DNA from: Spirochaetales bacterium
Lineage (GTDB): Bacteria; Spirochaetota; Spirochaetia; Treponematales; Treponemataceae
Length of the DNA: 49,362 nucleotides
Reading direction: 5' to 3'
NCBI GenBank assembly: GCA_016929605.1
Contig: JAFGIM010000099.1
Location: 1 to 49,362 of the forward strand
Both the position numbers and the translations under genes were made by a program. Below, piece by piece: positions 19,329-29,666 of the stretch; position 1 is the first letter of the stretch, and every line of letters begins with the position of its first letter. Under the pieces are notes generated by a model that searched no databases, was not told the DNA's origin, and was given only the letters and a program-made list of their open reading frames with translations.

Positions 19329-19922
19329 TTATTTCTTGATGACGAGGGTGGGTGCTGAAGAAGAAGTTTTTTTGGCAGCGGGTTTCTTGGCGGCCGGCTT
19401 TTTTGCCACCGCTTTTTTGGCTACTGCTTTTTTAGCAGCAGGCTTCTTGGCTGAAGGTTTTTTAGCAGCGGGTTTTTTGGCTACTGCGTTTTTAGCAGCA
19501 GGTTTCTTGGCTGCAGGTTTTTTCGCTGCCGGCTTCTTGGCTGAGGGCTTCTTGGCCACTGCTTTTTTTGCTACGGGTTTGGGTGCAAGGAATGCTGCGA
19601 TGTCCATCGCAAGAATCTTCCCGACAGACTTAACTGCATCGGCTTTCGCATCGGGAACATTGGTAACGGTAACGCTGACCTGAGTTGCCTTGCCCGCATC
19701 GGTTTCGGTAAAGTAGATGATAGCGGCAGAGGGAGGGGCATCTTTGGCCGCACCGATGATGCTCATTGTGCGTACAACCATTTTTTTGTCTGCTTTAAGA
19801 ACTCCGGCTTTGCCAACAAGTTTCGACGAAACGTGTTTCTTGGCGAACGCGGGGTTCGTAAAACAGTCGGCTACTTTTTTGGCCGGATACTTCGCGACGA
19901 AGGAAAAAGATACTGTTTTCAT
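19329..19922 (-). CDS. Histone H1-like basic protein with N-terminal globular domain
   Basis: About 14 pentapeptide [10 protein letters not shown] repeats; AGGAG RBS; TTGACC-N17-TATACT promoter at 19986-19958. Confidence 0.85.
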   Translation of the reverse strand: MKTVSFSFVAKYPAKKVADCFTNPAFAKKHVSSKLVGKAGVLKADKKMVVRTMSIIGAAKDAPPSAAIIYFTETDAGKATQVSVTVTNVPDAKADAVKSVGKILAMDIAAFLAPKPVAKKAVAKKPSAKKPAAKKPAAKKPAAKNAVAKKPAAKKPSAKKPAAKKAVAKKAVAKKPAAKKPAAKKTSSSAPTLVIKK

Positions 19923-20045
19923 TTGGATAAACTCCTGAGTGGGTGGATATGCTCTTGAGTATATGTCAGCTCATCATACTGGTCAACCTTAAAAAAAAGT
20001 TGTACGATTTTCATACAATGATACGCTCAGTGGTGGAGAGATAAG

Positions 20046-21101
20046 ATGCTCGCAAAACGTTTTTATGAACTGTCTCCGTATGTACCCGGAGAACAACCAA
20101 AGGATCGCGAATATATAAAACTCAACGCGAACGAAAATCCCTATCCTCCTTCGCCAGAGGTAGCCAAAGTAATTTCATCGTTTGATGTTTCATCGTTTCG
20201 ATTGTATCCCGATCCAGATGCGGGAGAGTTGAGAGATGCGATTGCACACATGATTGGCCATGGACTTACGCGTGACAATCTTTTTGTTGGAAACGGATCG
20301 GATGAAGTTCTCTCGTTTGTCTTTTTTACTTTCTTCGATTCTTGCGCACCTCTTTATTTTCCTGAACATACATACAGCTTTTATCCGGTATATGCAGGTT
20401 ATTATGACATTCCGATAGAAAGAAAACCGTTGCGAGCAGATTACTCAATTGATTTGGATGCTTTCCTTGCAGGATCGTCCACAGGGGTTATCTTTCCCAA
20501 TCCAAACGCACCCACAGGCATCTATACCCCTGTTCAAACGATTCGCTCCTTCTTGCAAAAGTATCCCGCTGATCGAGCGGTAATAGTTGATGAAGCATAT
20601 ATCGACTTTGGCGGAGAAACAGTGGTACCTCTCTTGACCGATTTTCCTAATTTAATTATTGTTCGCACCTTTTCCAAAAGTTTTTGTTTCGCGGGGGCAC
20701 GGCTTGGGTTCGTTATTGCCAATCCTCCCGTAATACAAAACCTGTTCACCACAAAGAACTCCTTTAATCACTTTCCTGTAGACACCCTAACCCAAAAGGT
20801 TGGAACGGCAGCCTGTGGTGATTGGCCGTATTACCGCAGAATTAACGATGAGATAGCACGAACCCGTGATATGTTTGCCCAAGAGATAACCGCTTATGGA
20901 TGGACTGTTTTGCCTTCGTTAGCTAATTTTGTTTTTACTCGCAAAGAGGGACTATCTGGCAAGAGTATATATGAAGCTATCAAAAAGGAAGGAATTTTGG
21001 TTCGGCATTTTAGCCAACCTGGAATAGAAGATTTTGTCCGGATCAGCATTGGCACCCCAGAACAGATGAAAAAACTGTCCGGCGTTATGAAAGGAGTCTG
21101 A
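20046..21101 (+). CDS. hisC: Histidinol-phosphate aminotransferase
   Basis: PYVPGEQP, KLNANENPY, GNGSDE, NPNAPTG, DEAY and RTFSKS...AG.RLG. Confidence 0.95.
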   Translation: MLAKRFYELSPYVPGEQPKDREYIKLNANENPYPPSPEVAKVISSFDVSSFRLYPDPDAGELRDAIAHMIGHGLTRDNLFVGNGSDEVLSFVFFTFFDSCAPLYFPEHTYSFYPVYAGYYDIPIERKPLRADYSIDLDAFLAGSSTGVIFPNPNAPTGIYTPVQTIRSFLQKYPADRAVIVDEAYIDFGGETVVPLLTDFPNLIIVRTFSKSFCFAGARLGFVIANPPVIQNLFTTKNSFNHFPVDTLTQKVGTAACGDWPYYRRINDEIARTRDMFAQEITAYGWTVLPSLANFVFTRKEGLSGKSIYEAIKKEGILVRHFSQPGIEDFVRISIGTPEQMKKLSGVMKGV

Positions 21102-21105
21102 AAGG

Positions 21106-21804
21106 ATGAAGATACTGGTGATATCGGATGGACATGGTAATCTTGAAACCCTCTCCCGGCTTGCTGACAAAGAGAAAGATGCCGAGATAGTGTTGTTTGG
21201 GGGTGATTTTGCTGCTTTGGGAGATACAGAGAGCGCACTGCCATATCTTGAGCGACTTACCAAGGCCTGGGATCGGGTGTTTGCCGTTACCGGAAACGCC
21301 GATGAACCATGGTTTCGCGACACCGTCGACGAGTATGACTGCTCTGTAGAGGGCTCTCTGGCGTATTATTCATCCCTTATTTTTACCGGCTCAGGCGGCG
21401 CAAGTCATTTTACCGGAGATACCCCAAACGAACGAAGCGATGAACAATTGTGTGAAGACCTGTCTCTTGTTGAGGAAAGTGCCGGTGACAGTGAGACACC
21501 TGGCGAGAGTTGGAATAACCTTGTTGTTCTTATGCATAATCCCCCAAAGGATACCACTTGCGATCGCATCCATTCAGGTGTTCATGTTGGCTCTCCTCTT
21601 TTACGGGATTTTGTGGAGAGACGACAGCCCTTACTGGTAGTATGCGGGCATATTCACGAAGCTGTGTCGACAGACACAATTGGCACAACCACAATCGTTA
21701 ATCCGGGTTCACTCGCAGAAGGAAGATATGCCATCGTTGAGATTGGCGGCGGGAAGGGTGAGCCGTATGTGGTTAATTCGGTACGATTGGAACAACTGTC
21801 TTGA
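21106..21804 (+). CDS. Metallophosphoesterase (Icc-related)
   Basis: SDGHG, GGD, GNAD, H.PP, GHIHE and NPGS motifs. Confidence 0.9.
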   Translation: MKILVISDGHGNLETLSRLADKEKDAEIVLFGGDFAALGDTESALPYLERLTKAWDRVFAVTGNADEPWFRDTVDEYDCSVEGSLAYYSSLIFTGSGGASHFTGDTPNERSDEQLCEDLSLVEESAGDSETPGESWNNLVVLMHNPPKDTTCDRIHSGVHVGSPLLRDFVERRQPLLVVCGHIHEAVSTDTIGTTTIVNPGSLAEGRYAIVEIGGGKGEPYVVNSVRLEQLS

Positions 21805-21811
21805 TTGAGCG

Positions 21812-22744
21812 CTATGTACGATACGAGGATTCTATGCCCGTAAGCAAGGCGTAAAAGACATCGTTTACCGGAACCTCGATACCATGTTTAGCAGCAAGGT
21901 TGCGGATGGTGAGTGAAAATAATTCTACCTCAGTTTTTCTTCCCGCTTCCACATCCTGACACATAGAAGTCTTTCCCTCATCGCTAAGGGTGTCTACCGT
22001 GGCGTATATCTGTTGAATATCTTGATCGGAAAGGGTTACCCCTTCTGCGGCTGCCACCATGACGACCTCTTTCATCGCTTGATCGAGCAATTTTTTTGTT
22101 TCATCAGTTATATAACGAGTTTTTATTGAGCGGTAAGGCGCTCTCATGATTGCAGTGATTTGATTGATTCCCACATTCATCATGTACTTATACCAGAGAC
22201 GGTTGTGCATATCCTGAGGCACTTCTGATGATACTCCTGCCCGGTCGAAGAAATCCTTGATCGCGCTTACTCGCTCTGACCAGGGCTTTGTATTTACCGC
22301 GTCTCCAAAAAAAATAGTACCAGTTTTTGAAAAAACAGTTTGATTAGTCGAATGGCCAGAGTCGGTGCCAATAATCATGGCATAGGGAAGGCGCCATTCG
22401 CCAAAGGCAGCCCCGAGCTCCCGTTCGCTTGAAATGCCATTGAGCAGGGAGAGGATAAGCGTGTTATCTCCGACGTGTGGCCTCATATCCGCAATGATTG
22501 CCGGAAGGTGGTGGTTTTTGCATGCGACGATGATAAGGTTTGGTTGCACACTATCTCCGACAGCGCAGAGGGGGAAATCCCATCGTTCACCGTTAATGAC
22601 AAAACCATCTTTCGCGTATCGTTTGAGTCGCTCTCCTCCTGCGAGTATGGAGACGGAACCTGGAAGTGTTTTGTGTATTTGCCAGGCGACAGTGGAACCT
22701 ATTGCTCCTGCGCCGGCGATCAGTACTGAATTGATCTTGTTCAT
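21812..22744 (-). CDS. panE: 2-dehydropantoate 2-reductase family protein
   Basis: GAGAIG, LLNG, W.K...N.GIN and SM.QD..AGRKTE. Confidence 0.85.
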   Translation of the reverse strand: MNKINSVLIAGAGAIGSTVAWQIHKTLPGSVSILAGGERLKRYAKDGFVINGERWDFPLCAVGDSVQPNLIIVACKNHHLPAIIADMRPHVGDNTLILSLLNGISSERELGAAFGEWRLPYAMIIGTDSGHSTNQTVFSKTGTIFFGDAVNTKPWSERVSAIKDFFDRAGVSSEVPQDMHNRLWYKYMMNVGINQITAIMRAPYRSIKTRYITDETKKLLDQAMKEVVMVAAAEGVTLSDQDIQQIYATVDTLSDEGKTSMCQDVEAGRKTEVELFSLTIRNLAAKHGIEVPVNDVFYALLTGIESSYRT

Positions 22745-22807
22745 AATATCCTCCTGTAAGGTGCCGATCTTCTTGTCGAAGCGCCTCTTATCGCATAGTA
22801 TGAGATT

Positions 22808-23284
22808 ATGAGTGAAACCGCAATGATTATCATGATTATCGCTTATGGAACACTACCACTAATTATGGCAATTACCTTTTACCGCCTAAAAAAAACATTG
22901 GCGACACTTGGCAAAAATATTCAGCCTTTCCCCGCAAGACCCGCGTATCAGTTTATAGGAATACTCATCGCATCGCCTTCGCTTATTGCACTACCGCTTA
23001 TCAGGTCTTTTGATTTTTTGACCATCTTTGCTATAACCGGGGTGGGGATAATGGGTTTCTTTATTGCGTTTCAGGAACTCATCTATTCTCGATATTCTGG
23101 TTTATACGAAAAAGGCATTGTGTGGAACGCAATCAGTGTCAAATTTGAAGATATTGACAGAATGGAAAAAGAGGGCTCAAACACAATCGTCTTTATTCTA
23201 TTTGACCGCACAAAAAAGGTTTTAGTGTGTCAGGATGAGACTATCGCCTTGCGAATTGAACAAGCCATATCTACCTTGCATTAA
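22808..23284 (+). CDS. Hypothetical membrane protein
   Basis: Three TM segments plus a small C-terminal domain; TTGTCG-N17-TAGTAT promoter. Confidence 0.7.
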   Translation: MSETAMIIMIIAYGTLPLIMAITFYRLKKTLATLGKNIQPFPARPAYQFIGILIASPSLIALPLIRSFDFLTIFAITGVGIMGFFIAFQELIYSRYSGLYEKGIVWNAISVKFEDIDRMEKEGSNTIVFILFDRTKKVLVCQDETIALRIEQAISTLH

Positions 23285-23323
23285 CCCTTGCAGTAAGCCG
23301 CTTGTTCATCGTATTATCAGCTC

Positions 23324-24721
23324 ATGAAAACTATCGTAATCGGTTCGGGAGGTCGTGAACACGCAATCGCTTGTGCTCTGGCCGCCTCTCCTCTTGTTTC
23401 TGAAGTAATTTGTATCCCTGGAAATGGCGGAACCGCCACCGAGGGGAAATGCCGAAATATATCAATTCCAACAGTTGAACTATCCTCGATTGTAGATGCA
23501 TGTCGTGAAGAGCTTGGATCACTTGATGATGGCTCTTTTGTGCTTGTTGGGCCGGAGGATCCCCTTGCTGCGGGAATCGCTAATCGTCTTGAAAGTGCGG
23601 GTTTGGCTGTCGTTGGCCCAAAACAGAACGCAGCGGAGCTGGAGGCAAGTAAGGATACCGCCAAGCGATTCATGTCTCGCTATGGAGTAGCATGCGCCGA
23701 AAGTGAAACCTTTAGGGACGCCGCTGACGCTATTGCGTACATTCGGCAAAAAACCGGTCCTGTTGTCGTAAAGGCAGACGGATTAGCTGCTGGCAAGGGC
23801 GTGGTTGTAGCCAGTGATCAAGACACCGCAGTGGAAGCTGTTCGCTCTTTTATGATAGATATGAGTCTTGGGGGAGCGGGTCACAAAATTGTAGTAGAAG
23901 AGTATTTGGAAGGCGAAGAGATATCGATATTGGCAGCGGTAAGCGTGACTCCTTCTATATCAGCTTTGGGGAAGGCGCGAATTGTTCCCTTTGTAACGGC
24001 GCGTGATCACAAACGACTGGGAGATGGCGCTCAAGGGCCTAATACGGGAGGCATGGGGGCTATCGCTCCAGTTCCAAACCTTCCATCTGAAGTTATTCCC
24101 CGTTTTACTACAGAGATACTAGAACCGACACTCAAGGGTCTTGTTGCTGAAGGATGGGATTATCGCGGATTTATCTTTTTTGGCTTGATGCTCACCCGAG
24201 ACGGGCCAAAGCTGCTTGAATATAACGTGCGTCTTGGCGATCCCGAGACACAGGCTGTATTACCATTGATGAACTTTGACTTTGCCCGAATGTGTCGGGC
24301 TATGATAGATGGCGAGCTTGACTCATTTACCTTTGACTGGAAACAAGGTTATGTATGCGCCCCCGTTGCCGTATCAGGCGGATATCCGGGCACGTACCCC
24401 AAAGGTATTCCCATCGTATTTGATAGGCAGATTATCGAGGATGCCAAGGCAAAGGTGTATATCGCAGGAGCAACGGTGAATCACAGGAATTCGCGCGGAG
24501 ATACGGGATCGACTGTTCATGCTCCTGTATCTGCAGACGAGAAGGGACAAGAGTTATTGATAACATCCGGAGGGCGAGTCCTTGCGGTTTCTGCCTTTGG
24601 CGAAACCTTGGAACAGGCACGTGATTCGGCGTATAACGCGATTAAGGGTGTTACGTTTGATGGAATGTTTTATCGGCGAGATATCGGTTTGCCTGGCGCA
24701 GCCGCCTCTAGTGTAATGTAG
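23324..24721 (+). CDS. purD: Phosphoribosylamine-glycine ligase
   Basis: GSGGREHA, VGPE.PL, VVKADGLAAGKGV, DHKR, GPNTGGMG, EYN.R.GDPE and TSGGRVL. Confidence 0.97.
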   Translation: MKTIVIGSGGREHAIACALAASPLVSEVICIPGNGGTATEGKCRNISIPTVELSSIVDACREELGSLDDGSFVLVGPEDPLAAGIANRLESAGLAVVGPKQNAAELEASKDTAKRFMSRYGVACAESETFRDAADAIAYIRQKTGPVVVKADGLAAGKGVVVASDQDTAVEAVRSFMIDMSLGGAGHKIVVEEYLEGEEISILAAVSVTPSISALGKARIVPFVTARDHKRLGDGAQGPNTGGMGAIAPVPNLPSEVIPRFTTEILEPTLKGLVAEGWDYRGFIFFGLMLTRDGPKLLEYNVRLGDPETQAVLPLMNFDFARMCRAMIDGELDSFTFDWKQGYVCAPVAVSGGYPGTYPKGIPIVFDRQIIEDAKAKVYIAGATVNHRNSRGDTGSTVHAPVSADEKGQELLITSGGRVLAVSAFGETLEQARDSAYNAIKGVTFDGMFYRRDIGLPGAAASSVM

Positions 24722-24742
24722 GAATGACACAAAGGAGAATCC

Positions 24743-25744
24743 ATGCTTAAAGGCCGGCATTTGATTGAACCGGGAAATTTAACGGTGGAAGAGCTTGACG
24801 AGCTCTTTGATTTGGCGAATCGGATAATTGAATGCCCACAGTCCTATGGAGAAGTGTGTCGGGGGAAAGTCCTCGCCACACTTTTTTTTGAGCCCAGTAC
24901 CAGGACTCGACTTTCTTTTGAGGCCGCCATGCTTCGCTTGGGAGGGAGCACTCTGGGTTTTGCTGAACCGGGAGCGAGTTCAACAAGCAAGGGGGAAAGC
25001 CTTGCTGACACCATCCGCACCGTATCCTGTTATGCCGATGTGATAGCAATGCGGAATCCCAAGGAGGGAGCCGCTCTCCTTGCTTCTCAGTTTAGCGAAG
25101 TCCCGGTAATAAATGCGGGTGATGGGGGGCATCATCATCCCACACAAACCCTTACCGATTTATTAACAATACGCTCAATAAAGGGAAAAACCGGGGGACT
25201 GACCATAGGTTTATGCGGAGACTTGAAGTTTGGACGTACCGTTCACAGTCTTGCAAAGGCAATGTCTCGTTATAGTCGTAACCGTTTTGTGTTAATTAGT
25301 CCTCCTGAATTGGAAATTCCAGACTATATTATTAACCGCGTCTTTAAACCCGCTGGCGTTCCATTTACCCAGGTCAGGCGGCTTGAAGAGGCCATTGGCG
25401 ACCTGGATATTCTGTATATGACTCGAGTGCAAAAAGAGCGTTTCTTTAATGAACAGGATTATGTGCGGCTCAAGGATAGCTACATTTTGGATGCTGAGAA
25501 GATGAAAATGGCTCGACAGGATTTGTGTGTCTTGCACCCCCTTCCGCGTGTAAACGAGATCGCGACAGAAGTAGATCAGGATCCACGCGCCGCCTATTTC
25601 CGACAGGTTACATATGGCATGTATATCCGTATGGCTCTGATAGCGAGCTTACTTGGGACATCTAAAGTGGAAACAATAAAAGAACCGCCATGCTCTGTCC
25701 CCATACCGAGTTTCTTGGGGAAAAAGGGGGGTAAAAAGAAATGA
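24743..25744 (+). CDS. pyrB: Aspartate carbamoyltransferase catalytic subunit
   Basis: [28 protein letters not shown] and HPLPR. Confidence 0.97.
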   Translation: MLKGRHLIEPGNLTVEELDELFDLANRIIECPQSYGEVCRGKVLATLFFEPSTRTRLSFEAAMLRLGGSTLGFAEPGASSTSKGESLADTIRTVSCYADVIAMRNPKEGAALLASQFSEVPVINAGDGGHHHPTQTLTDLLTIRSIKGKTGGLTIGLCGDLKFGRTVHSLAKAMSRYSRNRFVLISPPELEIPDYIINRVFKPAGVPFTQVRRLEEAIGDLDILYMTRVQKERFFNEQDYVRLKDSYILDAEKMKMARQDLCVLHPLPRVNEIATEVDQDPRAAYFRQVTYGMYIRMALIASLLGTSKVETIKEPPCSVPIPSFLGKKGGKKK

Positions 25745-26178
25745 ACGTCCAAAAAATACGGGATGGCTTGGTAATTGATCATATTCGCGCGGGAACGGGC
25801 TTAAGGATTTTTAATTGGTTAAAGCTCGATCGCGTGCCTTTTAGCGTAGCCCTCATTATGAATGTGTTATCAGATCAGATGGGAAAGAAGGATATCATTA
25901 AAATTGATAATGTTATTGACATTGATTATTCAGTATTAGGCTTTATTGATCCCAATATTACGGTAAATGTAGTAGAAGATGAGCATGTTTCACGAAAGAT
26001 TTCATTAAGTCTGCCTGAACAGGTAGAAAATGTTATTCATTGTAGAAATCCGCGTTGTATTACGAGTTCTGAATCGGGAATTCCTCATGTGTTTCATCTA
26101 GTTGATAAAAAAAGAGCCGAATATGCCTGTATTTATTGTGATGAATTATATCGTGCCGGAATTGGAGAGTTTTTATAA
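25741..26178 (+). CDS. pyrI: Aspartate carbamoyltransferase regulatory subunit
   Basis: G.VIDHI.AG, KKDIIK and C.NP.CIT...C.YC zinc site. Confidence 0.95.
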   Translation: MNVQKIRDGLVIDHIRAGTGLRIFNWLKLDRVPFSVALIMNVLSDQMGKKDIIKIDNVIDIDYSVLGFIDPNITVNVVEDEHVSRKISLSLPEQVENVIHCRNPRCITSSESGIPHVFHLVDKKRAEYACIYCDELYRAGIGEFL

Positions 26179-27573
26179 ATGTCTGCATTGATACTTTATA
26201 ATGCTCGACTCGTTGATAAGGATCGGGACGGCCCTGGAGCGCTTCTTGTTGAAAACGGGCAGATTGTAGCCGTTTGTGATGGCGATTGTAAGAATCCGGA
26301 ACTCTTGTTTGGGGACAGAGCACAAAATGCGCGCACCTTTGACGTGCAGGGATGTGCGTTGATGCCATCTTTTATCGATTTACATACACATTTTAGAGAT
26401 CCGGGCTTTACGTATAAAGAAGACATTGACAGTGCTTGCCAGGCGGCTGTTGCGGGAGGCTTTGGAACCGTAGTCTGTATGGCCAATACCAATCCGGTTG
26501 TCTCCGATACCCAGGCCGCATTCTCGGTTCGCCAGCGTGCCGAGAAATTAGGCTTGCTTAGATTGTTCCAGGCAGTAAGTGCAACTGAAGGATTTGACGG
26601 AAAGAGTACGGATCATCTAGATGCACTTGATCCATGCTCTGTCCCTCTGGTATCCGAGGATGGAAAAGAAGTGGCATCTGCGCGGGTAATGCGGGATGTT
26701 ATGAAAAAATGTGCTGAAAAAGGGGTGGTTCTATCCTGTCATTGTGAAGATCCAGACTTGGCCGATGAGGCGAAAGAGTATAGAACACGTGCTCTGGAGG
26801 CTGATGCACAGGACATGGAGAGTTTTTTTATAGACCGTGGAGAGCTATCGAATGACAGACGTCCAAAATCTGGAGTTTTATGCTCTGTCCCCAACTCGGT
26901 GAGTGGCCCTTTAGCTGAAGCTGAACACATACTGAGGTTAGCCGAGGACCTTATGACAGGGCGAAACCTGACCTTGGCAGAGGAAACTGGTTGTAAGGTG
27001 CATTTTGCACATGTGAGTACCTCTGGTGCTCTGTCCCTCATCAGGTCTGCAAAGTTGAAAAACTCTCAAGGCGCATCGAAAGTTAGTTGCGAAGTAACAC
27101 CGCATCACCTATCTCTGACCAGGGATTGTGTGGCCATTGTAAATCCTCCGCTTAGAACGGAAAAGGATCGTCTTTCGTTGATTGAAGGCCTTTGTGACGG
27201 CACCATTGATGCAATTGCTTCGGATCATGCCCCTCATAGCTTGGAAGACAAACAGAAGGGAGCTCCCGGTTTTTCCGGGATTCAGGCCGTATTTCCGGTC
27301 TGTTATACAGCCCTCGTATCAAATAAGCGTATCAGCTTATCACGACTTTCGGCGCTTCTTTCAGCAAATCCTGCATCAATCCTTGGAATACAAGCCGGAT
27401 TAATAGGTCCTGGATATCCAGCTGATCTGGTTGTAGTCAACACTGAGGGTGAAACCCTCTTTGAGGGACAGAGCTGGTATTCAAAAAGCATCAATTCTCC
27501 CTATCTCGGGCATCGGTATGCAGGCCAAGTCGTAGCGACTTTTTATCAGGGAAAAATGGTTTTTGCACAATAA
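26179..27573 (+). CDS. pyrC: Dihydroorotase (class I type)
   Basis: DLHTHFRDPG, MANT.P, HCED, HVS, EVTPHHL, NPPLR and SDHAPH. Confidence 0.93.
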   Translation: MSALILYNARLVDKDRDGPGALLVENGQIVAVCDGDCKNPELLFGDRAQNARTFDVQGCALMPSFIDLHTHFRDPGFTYKEDIDSACQAAVAGGFGTVVCMANTNPVVSDTQAAFSVRQRAEKLGLLRLFQAVSATEGFDGKSTDHLDALDPCSVPLVSEDGKEVASARVMRDVMKKCAEKGVVLSCHCEDPDLADEAKEYRTRALEADAQDMESFFIDRGELSNDRRPKSGVLCSVPNSVSGPLAEAEHILRLAEDLMTGRNLTLAEETGCKVHFAHVSTSGALSLIRSAKLKNSQGASKVSCEVTPHHLSLTRDCVAIVNPPLRTEKDRLSLIEGLCDGTIDAIASDHAPHSLEDKQKGAPGFSGIQAVFPVCYTALVSNKRISLSRLSALLSANPASILGIQAGLIGPGYPADLVVVNTEGETLFEGQSWYSKSINSPYLGHRYAGQVVATFYQGKMVFAQ

Positions 27574-27585
27574 TTTTCTTTTCTC

Positions 27586-27637
27586 TTGACAAATTGTACT
27601 AGTACAAACTAGGATTTGTACTAGATGAGTAGTACAA
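27586..27637 (+). promoter_or_regulatory. Promoter with YtrA/GntR-type palindromic operators
   Basis: TTGACA at 27586 and TAGGAT at 27610; palindrome TTGTACTAGTACAA at 27594-27607; TTGTACTA-N6-TAGTACAA at 27616-27637. Confidence 0.8.
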
Positions 27638-27639
27638 TT

Positions 27640-28038
27640 ATGAATACACAGTCAATTTTTCTTCTCGACACCTCAAGTGGTATTCCGATTTACCGCCAAA
27701 TTATTAGATCTATTGAGAGCGCAATTCTTTCCGGGTTTCTCAAAAAGGGAGAAAAACTACCAACAATACGCTCGTTGGCAATTGAGCTCAAGATTAATCC
27801 AAATACAATAGCTAAAGCGTATGCGGAGCTGGAACAGCGTGGAACGGTTACCACCCAGGTTGGAAGTGGTACCTATGTATCTGCTCAAATGCCGGGAGAG
27901 GGTGTACCGGAAAGACAAGAATTGATTAATGACGTATTGCGTTGCTGTATTCGGGATCTGAAGGCTCTTGGGGTCAGTATTCAAGAAATACCTGGGATGA
28001 TTGAACAGTTTAAGGAGGCAATTGATGAAACAGTATAA
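27640..28038 (+). CDS. GntR-family (YtrA subfamily) regulator
   Basis: PIYRQI...G.L..GEKLPTIRSLA.EL.INPNT.AKAY.ELE; short C-terminus. Alternative start at 27625. Confidence 0.92.
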   Translation: MNTQSIFLLDTSSGIPIYRQIIRSIESAILSGFLKKGEKLPTIRSLAIELKINPNTIAKAYAELEQRGTVTTQVGSGTYVSAQMPGEGVPERQELINDVLRCCIRDLKALGVSIQEIPGMIEQFKEAIDETV

Positions 28039-29005
28039 GGATACAATACCGGAAATCCTTGTAAAGAATCCGGTAAAAAGACGATCTCCTCTTGTTATTT
28101 TTGGTATTCGCTCATCAATCGTTATAGGTTTTGTGGTAATCGGGGTAATCCTGCGCTTTGTTATGGGGTATACCATGGTAAGTGAGCAGGGCCTTCTGTG
28201 GACAGTTATTCCAGTGGTTTTGGGGTTGTCTATAGTGTTATCTGTTCGCAAGATGAACGAGTGGGAGAGAGCGATTATTTTTCGCTTTGGGAGATTTAGC
28301 AGGGTAAAAGGTCCCGGGCTTTTTTTACTGATGCCCCTTGCCGAACAGATTGCCTCGATCGTGGATTTACGAATTCGGGTCAGCGATTTTACAACACAGA
28401 ATACCCTAACCCGAGATTCAGTGACTGTTACCGTCGATGCCCTTTGCTTTTGGCTTGTATGGGATCCAGAAAAGGCGATATGCGAAGTCCAGGATTATGA
28501 AGCGGCAGTTATTTTGTCTGCTAAAACCGCCTTGAGAAGCGCGGTAAGCAGTCATGATTTAACGCTTTTTCTTGAAAAAGGTGACGTGATTGAACAGTGT
28601 ATTCGTGAAGAAGTTGATCGAAAGACAACAGAATGGGGCATAACGGTTCAGCACATAGAAATTACTGATATTCAAATACCAGAAGCACTTCAAGATTCTT
28701 TAAGTCGACTTGCTCAAGCGGAGCGGGAAAAAATGAGCCGAGTGTTACTCGCTGAAGCAGAAATTGCGATTGCTGAACGTCTTACTCAGGCCGGACAGCT
28801 CTATAGTGGATCAGATACTGCGTTCAGTCTAAAGAAGTTGACTATTTTAAACGAGGGGCTTAAAGCCGGTAATTCAATGATGCTCGTACCCAACTCCATA
28901 ACAGAAGGTCTTGATTCTACCGATGTGTTTGGATTAGAGGCTTTACATCAAATCAAACAGGAGAAACAGAAGGAGCATACAGATGAAAGTAATTCAAACC
29001 GCTAA
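28025..29005 (+). CDS. SPFH/stomatin (slipin) family membrane protein
   Basis: EWERAIIFRFGR...KGPGL, VDLR, LTRDSV.V.VDA and A.AEREK. Confidence 0.9.
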   Translation: MKQYKDTIPEILVKNPVKRRSPLVIFGIRSSIVIGFVVIGVILRFVMGYTMVSEQGLLWTVIPVVLGLSIVLSVRKMNEWERAIIFRFGRFSRVKGPGLFLLMPLAEQIASIVDLRIRVSDFTTQNTLTRDSVTVTVDALCFWLVWDPEKAICEVQDYEAAVILSAKTALRSAVSSHDLTLFLEKGDVIEQCIREEVDRKTTEWGITVQHIEITDIQIPEALQDSLSRLAQAEREKMSRVLLAEAEIAIAERLTQAGQLYSGSDTAFSLKKLTILNEGLKAGNSMMLVPNSITEGLDSTDVFGLEALHQIKQEKQKEHTDESNSNR

Positions 29006-29666
29006 ATTATCAAAAGAGTATCATCTTAATGGATTATCTATTTCTGCACTCAATTCGGTAGATCTTAATTTTGAAAAGGGTGAGTTTTCTTCTATTGCAG
29101 GTCCTTCGGGGAGTGGTAAATCGACCTTTTTGCACTTGATTGGCTGTCTCGATACTCCTACTTCAGGTTCCATTACCGTATGCGGTAATGACACAGCTCA
29201 ACTCGATAAAAAATCCCTTGCCTTGTTACGGCGAAAATCAATTGGGTTTATTTTTCAGGCCTATAATCTGATTCCGGTATTATCAACGATCGAGAATATT
29301 TCCTTCCCCCTTGTATTACTGGGCTATTCTGCAAGGGAGTCGAATGAATTAGCGAGAAATTTGCTTTATAGGGTTGGTCTTGAGGGAATGGAAAACAGGA
29401 GACCGAAAGAGATGTCGGGGGGGCAGCAACAGCGAGTTGCAATAGCAAGAGCCTTGGTAAAGCAACCTGAATTGGTTTTAGCCGATGAGCCAACCGCCAA
29501 TTTGGATTCGGCAACCGCAAGGGAAATATTGGAGTTGATGTTGACATTAAATCAAAATGAGGGAGTTACGTTTGTTTTTTCGACACATGATCAATTGGTG
29601 TTGGAATATGCCCGTCGCATCGTACGCCTGAGAGACGGCGCAATAGAAAGCGAGGAACATCGATGA
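28983..29666 (+). CDS. ABC transporter ATP-binding protein (LolD/MacB-like)
   Basis: GPSGSGKS, MSGGQQQRVAIARAL, ADEPTANLD and STHD. Confidence 0.95.
   Translation: MKVIQTAKLSKEYHLNGLSISALNSVDLNFEKGEFSSIAGPSGSGKSTFLHLIGCLDTPTSGSITVCGNDTAQLDKKSLALLRRKSIGFIFQAYNLIPVLSTIENISFPLVLLGYSARESNELARNLLYRVGLEGMENRRPKEMSGGQQQRVAIARALVKQPELVLADEPTANLDSATAREILELMLTLNQNEGVTFVFSTHDQLVLEYARRIVRLRDGAIESEEHR

Noticed and set aside
19324-19683. Repetitive FLAAG ORF on the + strand
   Set aside because: Antisense shadow of the AKKP repeats.
25986-26001. parS-like TGTTTCACG... in pyrI
   Set aside because: Only one half matches (11/16) and it is not palindromic.
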